64,000 nucleotides of DNA from Felis catus (taxonomy: Eukaryota), in NCBI RefSeq assembly GCF_018350175.1, contig NC_058368.1, positions 226,922,001-226,986,000 on the forward strand, read 5' to 3'. Positions 1-13,259 of this stretch are shown in pieces. The notes under the pieces are model-generated. The model had not been told where the DNA came from. It worked only from the letters and a program-made list of their open reading frames with translations, and did no database searches. Every line of letters begins with the position of its first letter. The first letter of the stretch is position 1. Position numbers and translations under genes: made by a program.

Positions 1-658
1 AGTCTCAGTTCAGGGTTGCATTCTCTGAGCAGCTCCTCGTATTTTCTGACACAGATTTAGATCTCCTTATAACTGGTCTCTCACTTGGGTGTATACAGTT
101 CCATTTTGGTGATGATCACATTAAAAAGTGATGATTTCTTTGCCCACTTCTCCATGAGATTGGTAGAATGCTGAATGTTAATTTTCTGTAAGTATGTGCA
201 GTTTTATGGTGAACTTATTCTCATCAATTCTTACAATAATTATGCGGTGTGGGTAGTGATGTTCCCTTTGTTGTTTGGAGAGATAATAACATTGATGAGA
301 TTCATAGAAGCAAGCACTGGAATCCAGATCTTGTGGTCCTTAATCTGATACACTTTTCGTGACATAACACCACATTTGAAGCAGGACGCAGTGAGACTAG
401 CATTGTATCTTAAACATTGAGCGTTAAGAGCTAAGTACACTAGAGTACATTAGATATAGTGGAGAATTTATTTATAGCTACTTTTGCCCATACAAAGAGT
501 AGTCCACAGTGTAAGTTTATTAATTGACAGTATACATTCCATTGTATGTAATTAAAACTGTGTGATGATTGCCAAGTAAATGGCATTGTAACTTGAGAAC
601 AGAAAGTAACCACATTGAACCCTTATTGAATCAATCTTGAGTTCTCTCTTCATTGTAA

Positions 659-660
<2 letters not shown>

Positions 661-697
<37 letters not shown>
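661..697. repeat. (AT)n microsatellite
   Basis: Pure AT dinucleotide run. Confidence 0.97.
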
Positions 698-700
<3 letters not shown>

Positions 701-959
701 GGCATGATTAAAATATAGAGCAAAGGAAACAGAGATTTCACTCAAAAACACACCTTTTCAGTTAATCTGTACATGCCCTCATTGAATTTTGTCTTGTTTG
801 CTTTTATTATGATTGGGTGTTTTTCCTTAGCCCATGTTTCCTTCTCTCCAAGGCTTTATTTTTTTTTCATAAGGACAAGATGGGTCATGACTATTTAGAA
901 TTTAAATATGTTAGTTTTCTCTACTGGAAAGGCTGAAAATACTCAACTCTTCATGGCTA

Positions 960-1353
960 CTTATAGAAACAACCATGTAACATAGTTCTGGACTATTGCA
1001 TGTTCATAGACGTCAGCAGAGGGAATTTCCGAGAAGGATTTAAAAAGGAAAAGACTTAGTAGCTATGGCCCATTTTGCCTCTTTATCTTTTTCTTCCTTC
1101 CCCCTTTTGCTGTTTGCCTTAGAGACGCAATGCCCTGAGGTACAGCTGCCATCTCACAACAGTGAAAACAAATGCTTCTTACAATGACGGTAAAGCAAAA
1201 GGTAGAAGGGGCCTCAGCTCTCGGTGCCATGTAAACAGCTACGCCCACTCCGAATTGATCTAAGATGTGTCATCGTGTGAGATGATAAGCCCCCTGCTGT
1301 TTAAGCCACCAAGTTGGTTTTCTGTCCTTGCAGAGAAGGTCATTCCTGATACA
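960..1353 (+). mobile_element. Old MaLR LTR fragment (MLT1J/K-like)
   Basis: cagctgccatct motif and typical MLT1 3' end gtttaagccac...ttttctgtccttgcag...ttcctgataca. Confidence 0.6.
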
Positions 1354-1408
1354 AATGTTCTTACTCAAGAAGTACTCTTCATCTTTGCAATTAGATAGGA
1401 GAGGGTGT

Positions 1409-1632
1409 GGGGCGCCTGGGTGGCACAGTCGGTTAAGCCTCCGACTTCAGCCAGGTCACGATCTCGCGGTCCGTGAGTTCGAGCCCCGCGTCGGGCTCTG
1501 GGCTGATGGCTCAGAGCCTGGAGCCTGTTTCCCATTCTGTGTCTCCCTCTCTCTCTGCCCCTCCCCCGTTCATGCTCTGTCTCTCTCTGTCCCAGAAATA
1601 AATAAAACGTTGAAAAAAAAGAAAAAAAAAAA
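1409..1632 (+). mobile_element. Young felid Can-SINE (SINEC_Fc type)
   Basis: ggggcgcctgggtgg head, (CT)n region, A tail; TSD agataggagagggtg at 1393-1407 and 1633-1647. Confidence 0.97.
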
Positions 1633-1719
1633 AGATAGGAGAGGGTGGATTTCAGGACTCACCACCAAGGCATCCACTTTATACTGCTCTGAAAAAATAA
1701 AAGCAGTAGAACTAGAAGA

Positions 1720-1865
1720 ACCCAGAGAATCACTGAAACCACTTTATCTTAAAATTAGGAGATGAGAACCCAGAGTGGCTTAGGAATTTGTTCAAGGTCA
1801 CCCTGCTGTTGAGCTTGACTGAGGCTCCTGGTGTCCTGAATCCCACCCTGGATGCTTCCCTGTAT
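1720..1865 (-). mobile_element. MIR fragment
   Basis: gatgagaacccagag...ttgttcaaggtcac resembles the antisense MIR core. Confidence 0.55.
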
Positions 1866-2132
1866 CTCTGAAATTAAAGAGAACATTTACATCTGAGATC
1901 ACCGAAATCCTGACGAAAGCCTTGCACAGACCATCATCAGCATTCTTCGACAGACTCAAGGTTGCGAAGCAGATGTCAAGGAGCCTTAGCAGAAAAATAA
2001 TACTTGTTAAGGGGTGGAAAATTAACCACATGAGACAGACTGCAAAAGATCTCGGCATTTTTTAAAGCCGATGAATGAATGAGGCAGAAGCTAATTATCT
2101 GAAGTAGAAGATTAAGCTGTATTCGAATACGG

Positions 2133-2230
2133 GTCTCTGTGTTCTTTGCTCCTCCATTGGCGGTACCTAGAGCAATTCCAGGCATGTGGAGGATGGCCAA
2201 TAAATGCTAATGAAATGAAATAATTAATAA
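2133..2230 (+). mobile_element. L2 3' end fragment
   Basis: cctagagcaattccaggcatgtggagg...aataaatgc...tgaaatgaa resembles the L2 tail. Confidence 0.55.
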
Positions 2231-2369
2231 AGGAATGGGGAACAACCATATATAATACCATCTTCATAAGAATAAGACTGAGGAAAATGATCTTTTGAAC
2301 ACATAAAAGACTTAAGCTAGTTATAAAGGAAGGCATTTATGGCAGTGATAGCACATACTGATCACGAGA

Positions 2370-4600
2370 AGAGCATTTAAAAAACTCACAGAGAAAAGGG
2401 AGATTAATCACAAAGGAACAATAATTAGACAGGCAGTTGGTTTCTCAACAGTGACAAGGGAAGTTAGAACAAAGGGGTCTCCTATCTTCAAAATGCTACG
2501 GGCGAATAACTGTCGGCTGACAGTTTCACACGTGGCTAATTTATCATTCAAGAATGAAGGCAAAAATAAAGACATTTTCAAACAAAGAAAAGCAAAGACC
2601 AGACAATATACAAGGGCATACGGTACAGTGAAAGAAGTACGTAACGAACAAGTAAAATTCTCTCCGGAGGGAGGGTGAACACCCACTGAGGAGAAGACAG
2701 CAAAGAAAATGATAAATACATAGTTAGGTCTAAACAAACGCTGATGGTTTCAAACAACAGTGATAATGTTTGCTATTAGACATTTTAAGAGACTGAAATA
2801 ATCCATTGGGTAAAAATAACTTTAAAAAAGAATTGCTTAGCTTAAAACCAGTCTAAGCTCCTTGCATTATGTGGGAAGAGAAAATTATTCATGTTAATGT
2901 ATTAAGGTAACCACAAAAATGACGTAAGACAATAATACCGTGCATCATCTCCAGGAAAATAAAGATAAAAAATGAATTAAGAAGCAAATCAACTGAAAAG
3001 GGAAGAGGGGCAGCTGGATGTCTCAGTTGGCTAAGTGTCTGACTCTTGATTGCTGGTCAGGTCATGATCTCACTATCACGCGATCGAGTCCTGGGTCGGG
3101 CTCGGAGCAGAGCCTGCTTGGGATTGTCTCTCTCTCTCTCTCTCCCTCTCTGTCCCTCCCCTGCTCATGATTTCTCTTCCTCTCAAAATAAATACAGTTT
3201 AAAAGAAAAGGGAAGAAAAGAGAAAAACAAAATGCATAAGGTATAATAGATAAACGATACACGAAGATGCAGGTAGGTTGGGGTCAAGTCATAGGAAAAA
3301 GATACATCAGGCAAAACCAAGGAAAAGAAAGGCACTATGGCTGTATTAGTAACAGGCAATATAGACTGGAGGCCACAAAGCACTATTAGTGAGAAGAGTT
3401 TACCACAAAGATATGATATAAAGATACATATATCATAGTAGATACTTAATTATTTAAGCTCAACAAATACACAAAAAATTGAGGGTCACATGGACAGTAT
3501 GACACCATCAAGGTGGGAGAATTAAATAGATGTCTCAGTAATTAATAGATAAAAGTGAATACAGATGTAGAAGAATTGAGCAATATAAGGAAACATCAAT
3601 GAAAAGAAGAAACTTGAACCAAAGGGCAGCCCTTATTAGAGCATGCACACACTGCTCAAGCACACACAGAAGAACTTTTATGAAAATGGACCATGCATTT
3701 GGCCATAAATCAAGTGCTATTGAATAGAAGTTTCTTACTGATCACAGTCTTAGACAATGATGAGATTAATCTGGAAATTAATATGAAACACAAAATTAAA
3801 ATAACGCTACCTCCATATTTGGAAAATTTTAAAATACAATTCTGAGTGGCTCGTGACTCAGGGAAAAATATGATAATGGAAATGTCAAGATATGTAAAAC
3901 TCTATAAATATGCCACACAAAAAAATTGTCGGATAGGGCTAAGCTGTAAGTAAAATATATATATTCCTGATATTCATTTAAAAAAAAAAACTAAAGAAAG
4001 GAGCTATGCACTTCTAACTTGGAGATGCTGAGAAGTAGAATGAATCCAAGGAACGTGGAAGGAAGGAAGCGATAAAGATAGGAGAAATCTGTGTAATAGT
4101 AAATAAAAGTGTATAGAGTAATCAATAAAGCCATGGGTTCTCTGCAAAGACTAATAAAATAAATTTCTGGTAAGATTCACAAAAGAGACAGAAGGTTCAA
4201 ATAAATAGTTCAAATAAAAGGTGGTACATCGTTACCATACAGTAGGATTTAAAGTATAGAAAATATTATATATAACGGCTTATATATTTGAATAGTGGAT
4301 GAAAATATCCAAATTGGAAAATACAACTTATCAAACCTGAACCAAGAGGAAAAGAAAACCTGAATGGCTTTATGGCCATTAAAGAAATTGAATCGCTAGT
4401 AAGAAATACACCTGTCAAAATACCACCCGGCCCAGAAGGAAAGCAAGGTCTGTCCAACGGTCAACAAGGAAACAATTCCAACCTTAAAAAACTCTTCCAA
4501 AGAACAGGAAATGAGAGAGCCCTCCTCTTATTCAAACGAGATTTAGATGACCTTGCCACCAAAACTAGATAGGAAAAACATACGCTACAAAATTACAGAC
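2370..4600 (+). mobile_element. Old L1 fragment: ORF1 C-terminus plus ORF2 endonuclease region, degenerate
   Basis: ORF 2451 IFKMLRANNC...ANLSFKNEG resembles the L1 ORF1 C-terminus; ORF 4372 KEIESLVRNTPVKIPPGPEG resembles ORF2 EIE.VI..LP.KKSPGPDG; A-rich strand. Confidence 0.85.
3007..3204 (+). mobile_element. Older Can-SINE inserted in L1
   Basis: Diverged head, CT tract; TSD gaaaagggaaga at 2995-3006 and 3205-3216. Confidence 0.9.
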
Positions 4601-4986
4601 TGGGTGTCAAAGTTATGACCACAGTACTGGAAACTTTATGGACCGTGTATTTACAAGCAAACCTCGGTAATCTCGGACCCAGCCAGGGGTTAGACAAGCA
4701 GGGAAGCAGCCAAGGCAGTCACCTGCGTCTGGGCAGAGTGTGTGAGCAGAGAGGCTTAGCGAGCAGGGTTGAGGAAGGCCGGTCAATTCATCTGCTTTAT
4801 CTCAAGATGCCCCTGTCCTTGTGATCTTGTGATAGGTTGACCCGCTCTTAAGGTTAAGGAAATGAAGACTTGGAATAATGAGATGATCTTCCCAAAGTAG
4901 AGACCTGGGAAGTAGTGGAGGGGGGATGCAAGTTTAATCCTCTGCTTCCAAATTTAGTTTTGTGTCCCTTACAAAGTTTTGTCCTC

Positions 4987-5175
4987 GTAAATGTTTAACT
5001 ACCAGCTCTCTAGGGGGATAAAACCCCTCATTGGTAGCATTTGCGGATATCTGCGGTGTAAATGCTCCCATGGCTGATGTCAAGCTAGCACGTGGCGTCA
5101 TTGAGCACAGAGTTGGTAAGAGATGCCCACGTTGGCTCTGTGAGCTGGTGCACACTGATTCCAGTACAGCACTGC
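4987..5175. mobile_element. Non-autonomous hAT DNA transposon, MER63A-like
   Basis: gtaaatgtttaac..ctctc...ggtgtaaat.ctccc.atggc...tccag.aca.cactg matches the recalled MER63A consensus. Confidence 0.7.
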
Positions 5176-6011
5176 CCCGATCGTACTGAGTCCTGGTACC
5201 TCAAGCCTTCATTTCCTGTGGGTGCATTCCTGTTTGTTTCCGGAACACAACATTTTAGTGTCTTGCACGTAATAACACGGGGAAATTATTCATTTCATAG
5301 ATATTGTAAAAAAAAAAAAAAAGCCTTGCCCTCAGGGCACATACATAGTAGGGGGACATAGAGAAACTAAAATAAAAGTAATTTATATAATATATTACAA
5401 GATAGTATGTATTTTGCTATATATTTGCTATGTAATACATATATGTACATAGTATGTATTTGCTATGGAAAAATCAAGGAGGAAAATTCGATAGCCTTGA
5501 CATAAAGGAGAAAGGATACAAAGATCCTGAGACATTAGCATACCCTAGAGTTTTCAATGACAGCAAGGAAGCAAATGTGGCCAGTGTCGGGAGGTTGCTA
5601 CTAAAAATCAGTAGGAGATAAGATCAGTAAATGGTACACTCCTGTAAGCCCTGGAGGCAACTGAAGGTCTTTGGCTTTTGTTTGGAGGGAGGTTTCCATA
5701 TAAGTTCCTATTTATCAGTTTTTCTTTGTCTACCACACTCCATTTCAATGTGCAGTTTATTTCTTCGTTTATTTAGGGGAAAGTTTCCCATATTACATCT
5801 CTGTATGCTTCCCTCTCCCCGCACCGTGTCACCCGTTCCATTAGTTCAGTTGTCTAATTAAGGAAACCAATTATTCTTGTATGGTACAATTTCATAAGAT
5901 CTTGTTAATTATCATTCTTTCTTTCTTTCTTTTTCTTTCTTTCTTTTCTTTTTTGTACTGCTTATGGCTGTTGGTCTGGCTGTCACTTAAACCTATGCAG
6001 AACCATTTTTA

Positions 6012-6139
6012 GGGAACACGTGGGTGGCTTAGTCAGCTAAGCATTGGACTTTTGATGTTTTTTGGCTCAGGTCATGATCTCAGGGTTTGTGCGATCGAGC
6101 CATGGAGATCTGCACTGACAGCGTGGAGCCTGCTTGGGA

Positions 6140-6187
<48 letters not shown>

Positions 6188-6206
6188 AAGCATTTAAAAA
6201 AATAAT
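6012..6206 (+). mobile_element. Older Can-SINE
   Basis: gggtggcttagtc...ggctcaggtcatgatctc...gagcctgcttgggattc, long (CT)n; flanked by cattttta(g) on both sides. Confidence 0.9.
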
Positions 6207-9040
6207 AAGCATTTTTAGTTCTTTCCCTAGCTACCACTTTTAGAAATGTTTACTGTAAAGTTACATATTTTTCCTGGTTTGATTGCTACCAGTAAATCTT
6301 AGCTGTTTTTTTTTTAACTTTTTAAAATTTATTTTTACAGACATTAGAAGAATATTTGTGATCCTGAATTATTCTGTCAACCTTACCCATACACTTCTTC
6401 TGAATTAATTTTTACTAAAAATATTTAGCCCAGAAGTACTAACACCCCACAAAATAAGCAGCATGTGTATTCACCAGATAATCCAGTGATTATTGGCGAT
6501 GGTACCTCACAAGTGCATTTACTGCCACAAGAGCAGAATTTGAGGGATAAATGAAGAAAGAAATACTTCCAAATGCTTGAAATTCAGAGGAGGGGAGGAT
6601 CATGTTCTCCCAGAAGTTTCTATCATCTCTATTTGTTCAGAAGACTCCGTTTACCCCAGACCAAGGATGTGCATTTTCCGTACTCCTATAATTCACAAAA
6701 GAGTTAACCCTTTAGCTACAGTCATGGCTCTACCTCTGTCTTCTCTCTTTCTCTCTCCCTCAATTGTAGCATTCTGACACCCAGGAGACACTTGACATGA
6801 CAATAACCCTCATTCTTAGGAAGTGTAATAATAAAACAGACATTGCCTATCTATCTTAGCTAGCTGATGGTCTCTAAGACCTATGGTCTAGAATAGGTTG
6901 GTCTAGAATATGGTTGGTTCAGTTTCTCAAAGGTTTCTCTGAACAGTTTCTGAGAAGAAACAAAGGAAATAGGAATGTTTATCAGGCTGCATCAAGGGGG
7001 AAAAAGTGTTTATTGAATTTCATTTATTAAATAATTTTGCTCAACATCACTCTAGAACATTGAGGGATTTTTTCATAGGGTTTTGGACCGCATCTCCATT
7101 TGTCAGCCCTCTTGGTGAATAAGGGGTCTCTGGGTATCTTGTTCTGAGCACATTCATCTTGATTATGAGTCAGTTGAACTATATTATTTGGCAAGTGTCT
7201 ATTTAGTATTCTTGGCATTATTGGGTGTCTCTCCAGGATAAGTGTTGCAAAATGGGCAATTTTCTATTCAGAAACATACTGCAATAACTCCAGTTCTAAA
7301 TGCTCAGTCTCGTTTCAAGTCGTATGCTAAGTGACAGAGCTAACACCTCTCCATAGCACATCTGATAGAGGGCTGGATGGAAATCAGAAGGCAAATCACA
7401 CTAGGTTCCAGAAGGCCCCAGACTGTGCCATTCAAGGTGGAAGGATTTGCTTCTCTGGTAAATGGTGGAAAGATCCTCTGTGGATTAAGACCTTTAGTTT
7501 CTCTTAAAGGATGAATGGATATTACAAGTCCCAAGGATTCAATAAAAGCTTTATAGCTTTCGTATAGCTGAGTGTCCATCAGCCAATTCTGTGATTTTAC
7601 TGTGTTTGTCTTTTGCAGAAATCCATGTGAAACCTCAAATGTTCCTTTTATGAGTTCTTTTGTTACACACATATGTTTCTGGTTAAATTAGTGGTGGTTA
7701 AATCTGGAAAAGATATCTGTAATTAGAGTCTGATTTTTGAAGTTCAAAAAAAGGAGGGTTAGCACATTCTCTATCAACTTTTCTCGCAAACAACTTGCTC
7801 TACCTTCAAGGACAGTGGCTCAACACAACAGCTCCCAGGATCCTCCAGAAAGAAAATTTGCACTTACTGCCATATTGTTAGAAGAAGAGGAGACCTCCGG
7901 AAATTTTAAAGAGCTGTGTTTTTTTTCTCTTCAAGATTCAAGTGAAGACTCTATGTAATAATTCATCTCGCTTTTATTTATGGTGTGTTGGCTTTCAAAA
8001 AGCCACACACGTAACCAAATTTGATCCTCAAACCAGTAATTTCGCTCCTGAAGGGTAAGTGTTCTTATGCCTATTTTCTTCATTCGTTTTAAAAGAAAGA
8101 GAACTAGAAAAATGCCTTTTGTTGAACTAAGAGAGAGAAGGTGAAAACCGCCTCCCTGTGTAGAAAAGTAATTCCTACTTCTTTTGTCCTGTGTGATCTG
8201 TGTCAAAAGATAGAACAGGACAATGTCTTAGCAGAGAGATGGCGGAAATCTCACAGCAGACATGTCCTGAGGTAGAACTGGACTGCATTGCTCTGTTGTC
8301 CAAGTGAAGGATCCAGCTGCTTTAAAGGCTGAGCCACACACTTAACCACTGAGCAGGAAGGTGATAGAGAAGAAGGAGAATAGAGGGAAGTCCTTTCTCT
8401 AGTCTAATAGAGTCTTGCCATGGTTTCTTCTCAGGTTCCCAGCCTGGCCATCCTGCCATTTCTTCCCATGACCATAGTTCGCCTAAGATTGATGAAGTAG
8501 TAAATGGATATCTTGGGTCTTAAGCAAAAATAAAGTGTATTATTCCCTCCTTCTTTACCCTTAGTATGCCCTTTACATTTAATTCCTCAACTGCAAAGTA
8601 ATATTTGAATAATAAAAAATTAAGTACACCCCTGGGAACATTTTATTCTATGATTATACTTCTGAAAGTTAAACATGGCTATTGAAAACATTGACACCGC
8701 TTTTTAAAAATATATCCAAAGTTGGGATCTGTTGCCATTTTTTATGAAATTAAACCAAATTTTTAAAGCAAGTGAAATATTACTCTATTGAATTTATGCT
8801 GTAAGTTGAGATGAGCTATGAGGATAATAAAAATTCACACCAGGATAAATAAAAATCCTAGAAAATTTTGCAAAGCAAAGCTTTCAGAAATCCCCTAAGG
8901 TGTCAGAGTTGTTTTCCTGATGAAATGCTGGACCTATTTGAGGACCTAATTTCATATTTCTTCTTATTTGTAGTAGCACAACTTTATATTGTTCCAAATA
9001 GGTATTCAGAGAGAGAGAGAGACAAAGATTCTCCTTTAAG

Positions 9041-9042
<2 letters not shown>

Positions 9043-9081
<39 letters not shown>
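9043..9081. repeat. (AT)n microsatellite
   Basis: Pure AT run. Confidence 0.97.
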
Positions 9082-9082
<1 letters not shown>

Positions 9083-9240
9083 CAATGAAAAATACTTTCC
9101 AATATTACCAAATGTTCCTCTGGGAACAAATATTACTCCTGGTTGAGAGTCACTGACTTAAAGTGTACAAAAATTCAGTAGTTGTAATATTTACTAATTG
9201 CGATAATTTAATATAGAGTTAAATATTCAATTCACCAACT

Positions 9241-9440
9241 CCTTTCTTTTAAGTTTAGTTATTTATTTTGGGAGAGAGAGAATGAGCAGGGGAGGGGCAG
9301 AGAGAGAGAGAGAGAGAGAACCCCAAGCAGGCTCTACACCGTCAGCTCAGAGCCTGATGTGGGGCTCGAACTCACAAACCATGAGATCACGGCCTGAGCT
9401 GAAGGCAGATGCTTAACAGACTGAACTACCCAGGAGCCCC
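9241..9440 (-). mobile_element. Can-SINE
   Basis: Reverse-complement SINE body; TSD aattcacca at 9229-9237 and 9442-9450. Confidence 0.93.
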
Positions 9441-9704
9441 TAATTCACCACCTATTAAAGGAGCTTCTGATATATTTCAGGCAGCATAGGGCTTGCGGTG
9501 ATGACTGTAATAATGTCTCCAGCCCTAGGAACATACAATTGAATAGGCAAGAAGAGTCAACTATACGAATGACAGGAACAAAGGCAAAGTATGGTAAATG
9601 ACATAAACATATTTTTTTCTACCACTCCACAAAAATAAAGTAACTGTTCATGGCTAGAAGGAGAATTGACCATATAAAGAAAAATTGTTCATCAATAGCA
9701 AACA

Positions 9705-9908
9705 ATAGCATATTTATAAAATGCTGTGACCTACAAAATACTTTCACATACATTTTTCTCACATTTATTCTTCACAAACTTATTAGGTGATTACATCTCT
9801 TTTAAAGATAAGTTATTTGTCTCATCCAGGGTCACACAATAGGTAAGTGGTCACGCCAGGAGTCTATGCCAGACCGGTTGATTGTAAATCCAGTCTTCCT
9901 GTGGTTAC
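9705..9908 (-). mobile_element. MIR
   Basis: actttcacatacatt...cagggtcacacaataggtaagtgg...aaatccagt. Confidence 0.65.
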
Positions 9909-10129
9909 AAATGAGATAACCTCAGCATCTCCATAGTGTTATAAAAAGGTATGTACCCACACCTTTGGAACGAACGAAGATTGAGAGAAGGCAACACCAA
10001 GCTACATTGGGTGTTTTGGGACAGGTAGGCTTTAATCAGCCTGAGAAAAGTGAGGTCTTTCTAAGTAAAAGAATTGGCAAGGAGTTAAAAACAATCTTGG
10101 CATGATGCCTGATGCAAAAGAAGAGCTTG

Positions 10130-10960
10130 TAGAAGACAAAGTTGGCCAAGCAGACTAGAGTCAGAACTGAAAGTTCTTGTATGACAGGCTAAAAGTTTTA
10201 ACTTTACCATAAGGTTTTAGGTGACTGTAAGCCACTCGGATTTTTAAGCTGGATGGTAAGAACATTGCCATTTGAAAAAATAAGGCTGCTACCAGTTTGG
10301 AGGACATCTGGAGATGAAGCTAGAGAGAGGGGGCGTGGGTAAGAGATCATTTCAATGGCCTGATGAAAGTTGGTGAGTGGTCGTGAGTATAAGAGAAAAC
10401 GGACCAAGAAGCTGTTTAGGAAGCAGACCGGACAAGGGATTTGGGGAAGATTGAGAGTGGAGAATGAGGGTATGAAAGTAGACATTATGGCAACATGATC
10501 CCATTTTCCAGGGCAGTGTATGCATGATGAAACACACATTTGGGAAGGGAAGGTGGAAGGGTAGTAAATGACTAGTAAGAACCTTTTAAGTATAAGGTGC
10601 CTGAGCGGTAAGCAAGTTGAGGTTTCCATTGGAAAGACGGAAATGTGGGTCTTGAGCTCAGAGAAAGGACCAGGTGTGGACACAGTGACTGGGGGCAAGA
10701 GCATATGGGGACTAGTTGAGGCGTGAGAGTACATGTGCTGAGGCAGCGACAGCCCTGACACCAGGTTCTGGAGGATTCCATCACCGAAGGTGAGATGAGA
10801 CCAGGTAAGCTGAGAAGGAGCAGGTAGAGAGCCACAGACCCTCAGAGTCAGTGAGGTGAGGTGGGATGGGAGAAGGGTGCCAGACAAAAAGGGGCAAGAG
10901 TGTAGGAAAATGCAGAAATGCCAAGTAAGATGGGGTCTCAGAACCTGCCATTAGATGTGA
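10130..10960 (-). mobile_element. L2 ORF2 3' region
   Basis: Purine-rich antisense L2 signature (gtgggtcttgagctcagagaaagg); minus-strand translation aligns to L2 ORF2 downstream of the RT YADD motif. Confidence 0.8.
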
Positions 10961-11896
10961 TCACTCCCACTGTCTCTCTTCCACGCTTTGCCAAAAAGGC
11001 CTAAGATTCTTCTGTAAAGTTGTGTGGTTTTTCTGCAACAGTACTGCTGACTCTCTGGGACAGAGGGAGTCCAAGGCCTGGAACTTTCTCCATTTTGCAG
11101 AAGCTGTTTCCTTCCTCTTAAAAAAGGGAGAAAAAATTAAAAAGCCATTTTCTCTTTGAATGACATGAGTGGGTAGGCATTTGTTCAAAAGTTAAAACTA
11201 TGTAGCCACAAAGATCTATCTTCGAGGGAAATAAAACACAAACTTTTTAAAAACCTCTTTCTGGTTTTTGTTAGCGCCCCCCCCCGCCCCCCCTCCCCAC
11301 CGGCCCAGAATTAATGCGTTGGTAGAAAAGTGAAAGCAGAAGTCAGACTATAACAGATTGAGGGTGAACAGAGGACGAGGAAGCAGACAGTTTTGAGAAA
11401 TCTGTGAGTGAAAGGAAGGAGCAGTAATAGAAGTAAGTAGCTATAAAATATGGCGGAATAGATGAGGTACGTGCTCATCAAGGCAAGGAGAAAACGTGGC
11501 AGAGTGATATAAATGGTCAGGCCAAAAAAAAGAGCCTTCTTAGAATGAGAAGCATCTCTAACACGCCTCAAAGCTCAGAGTTTGGGATTCCCCTCTGGAA
11601 GACCAGCTCTAATTTAACTTTACTAAATTTGCTGACCTACTTAGATGATTTTCTGTTACCTTCCACCTTCCCACAGCCAAGAGACTGACCACCTGATGTT
11701 TTCTGTACTTAACATTAACAAAAGAAAATACTGAAAAGAACCCCTTAAGCTTTTTCTCTTGTCTAGATAACTGAATTTAAGCTTTTGGATTGAGATGTAC
11801 TCTGTACACATAAAATAAATACAATCAAATCCCTAAGGCCACTCTAAGTACTCAAAAAAGAGTTGCTCCTTCTAGCATGTGTCAATTGAGTGGCTT

Positions 11897-12122
11897 CTTT
11901 TTTTTTAATTTTTTTTTTCCAACGTTTATTTATTTTTGGGACAGAGAGAGACAGAGCATGAATGGGGGAGGGGCAGAGAGAGAGGGAGACACAGAATCCG
12001 AAACAGGCTCCAGGCTCTGAGCCATCAGCCCAGAGCCCGACGCGGGGCTCGAACCCACGGACCGCGAGATCGTGACCTGGCTGAAGTCGGACGCTTAACC
12101 GACTGCGCCACCCAGGCGCCCC
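11897..12122 (-). mobile_element. Young felid Can-SINE (SINEC_Fc type)
   Basis: Near-consensus with CpGs intact; TSD aattgagtggctt at 11884-11896 and 12123-12135. Confidence 0.97.
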
Positions 12123-12459
12123 AATTGAGTGGCTTTTTGAAATGGATTTCAACAACCTTCTCCAAAGAACTACAGATGATCTTTTTTGCCAAGTCACAAA
12201 CAGAACAGTGTTGAGGAAACAGGCAGCTTTATCTTATAAAATTAAAAAAAAAATCCTTCTGTGAGGAACAGTAGAGAGAAATTTGGGCCCAAGACTGACT
12301 GAAGGAAATACACAGATTCAACAAGTCCACTGAGAACAGTAGAGCTTGGTTTTCTCTGCTTACTTATTCAGAGATTCCCTAGCTTGCTCAAACTTTGGGT
12401 TTTGGTTTATTTGTGGGGCTACTTAAAAATATTCACAAAGTACATTACTGGTTGGTGTT

Positions 12460-12462
<3 letters not shown>

Positions 12463-12504
<42 letters not shown>
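12463..12504. repeat. (GA)n microsatellite
   Basis: Pure GA run. Confidence 0.96.
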
Positions 12505-12510
<6 letters not shown>

Positions 12511-13259
12511 TCCCCTCTGTTGTACCATCAACTTATCTCCAAGTCTTGAAATTCAAAACCTCACTTACCCATTGTTGCTATATTTTTCTACTCGTATAAT
12601 ACAGAAGATTAAAGGCTGAACCTGTGGGAAATGTGAAAATTAATCTTACTTGAAAAACAGTGAATTAAGAAAACACTCTGCTGAGCATTTGTAACATGTA
12701 AAAACCTGTCTAGAACAATGAAACAAAAGCAGACAGAATGGAACTCTTGAGAGATGTGGGTAATGTAATGAAAATAGCTGAAAATAGATGGAGGGTGGAA
12801 ACAGAAGAATCATATAGAGCTTAACCTTCTGTCAAAACATTCTGAATTCAATATGTCCCAACAACAAGCCTACAGGACAGCAGTTTATGGTCTATTGCCT
12901 TTTAACATTTTACTGTGTGGAGTTCATTCAACAAGCGTCGGTTGCCTACCCGGCAAACACACTCCAGTTGCTTTGGGGAATTCAAAATAAGAATATGGGG
13001 CAAAGAGAGGTTTGCCTTCAAAAAATCTTCCATTGCTAGCTGCACCTACTTCAGGATTCATCTGCATTTTTATTTTTTTCCTTGATTTGCTATGCTAATT
13101 CTTTTGGCCTTAAGCGTGTATTTCAAATCTTTTGTCATTCATATACGTATTATAGTAAATCATTCATCAACAGACTTACAAGATGGCAGACTCCTCATCA
13201 ACAGGGGAGGGATGGACTTCATTCTATCCAAGGGCATGTTTGATAAATGCATGAAAATC

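Noticed and set aside
1409..1500. tRNA-like A/B-box sequences in SINE heads
   Set aside because: tRNA-derived SINE promoter region, not tRNA genes
1328..1765. Recurring ORF family with GAPGWRSRLSVRLQPGHDLAVREFEPRVGLWADGSEPGACF (also at 11844, 25449, 29913, 52781) and the MAQSVKRPTSAQVMIS frames
   Set aside because: These are translations of Can-SINE copies, not a gene family
6884..6914. Short tandem duplication tggtctagaata, and a similar one at about 5402-5466
   Set aside because: Ordinary slippage duplications with no further structure
7989..8003. Histone 3' stem-loop look-alike ggctttcaaaaagcc
   Set aside because: Loop and stem do not match GGYYCT-TTTC-AGRRCC and there is no histone CDS upstream
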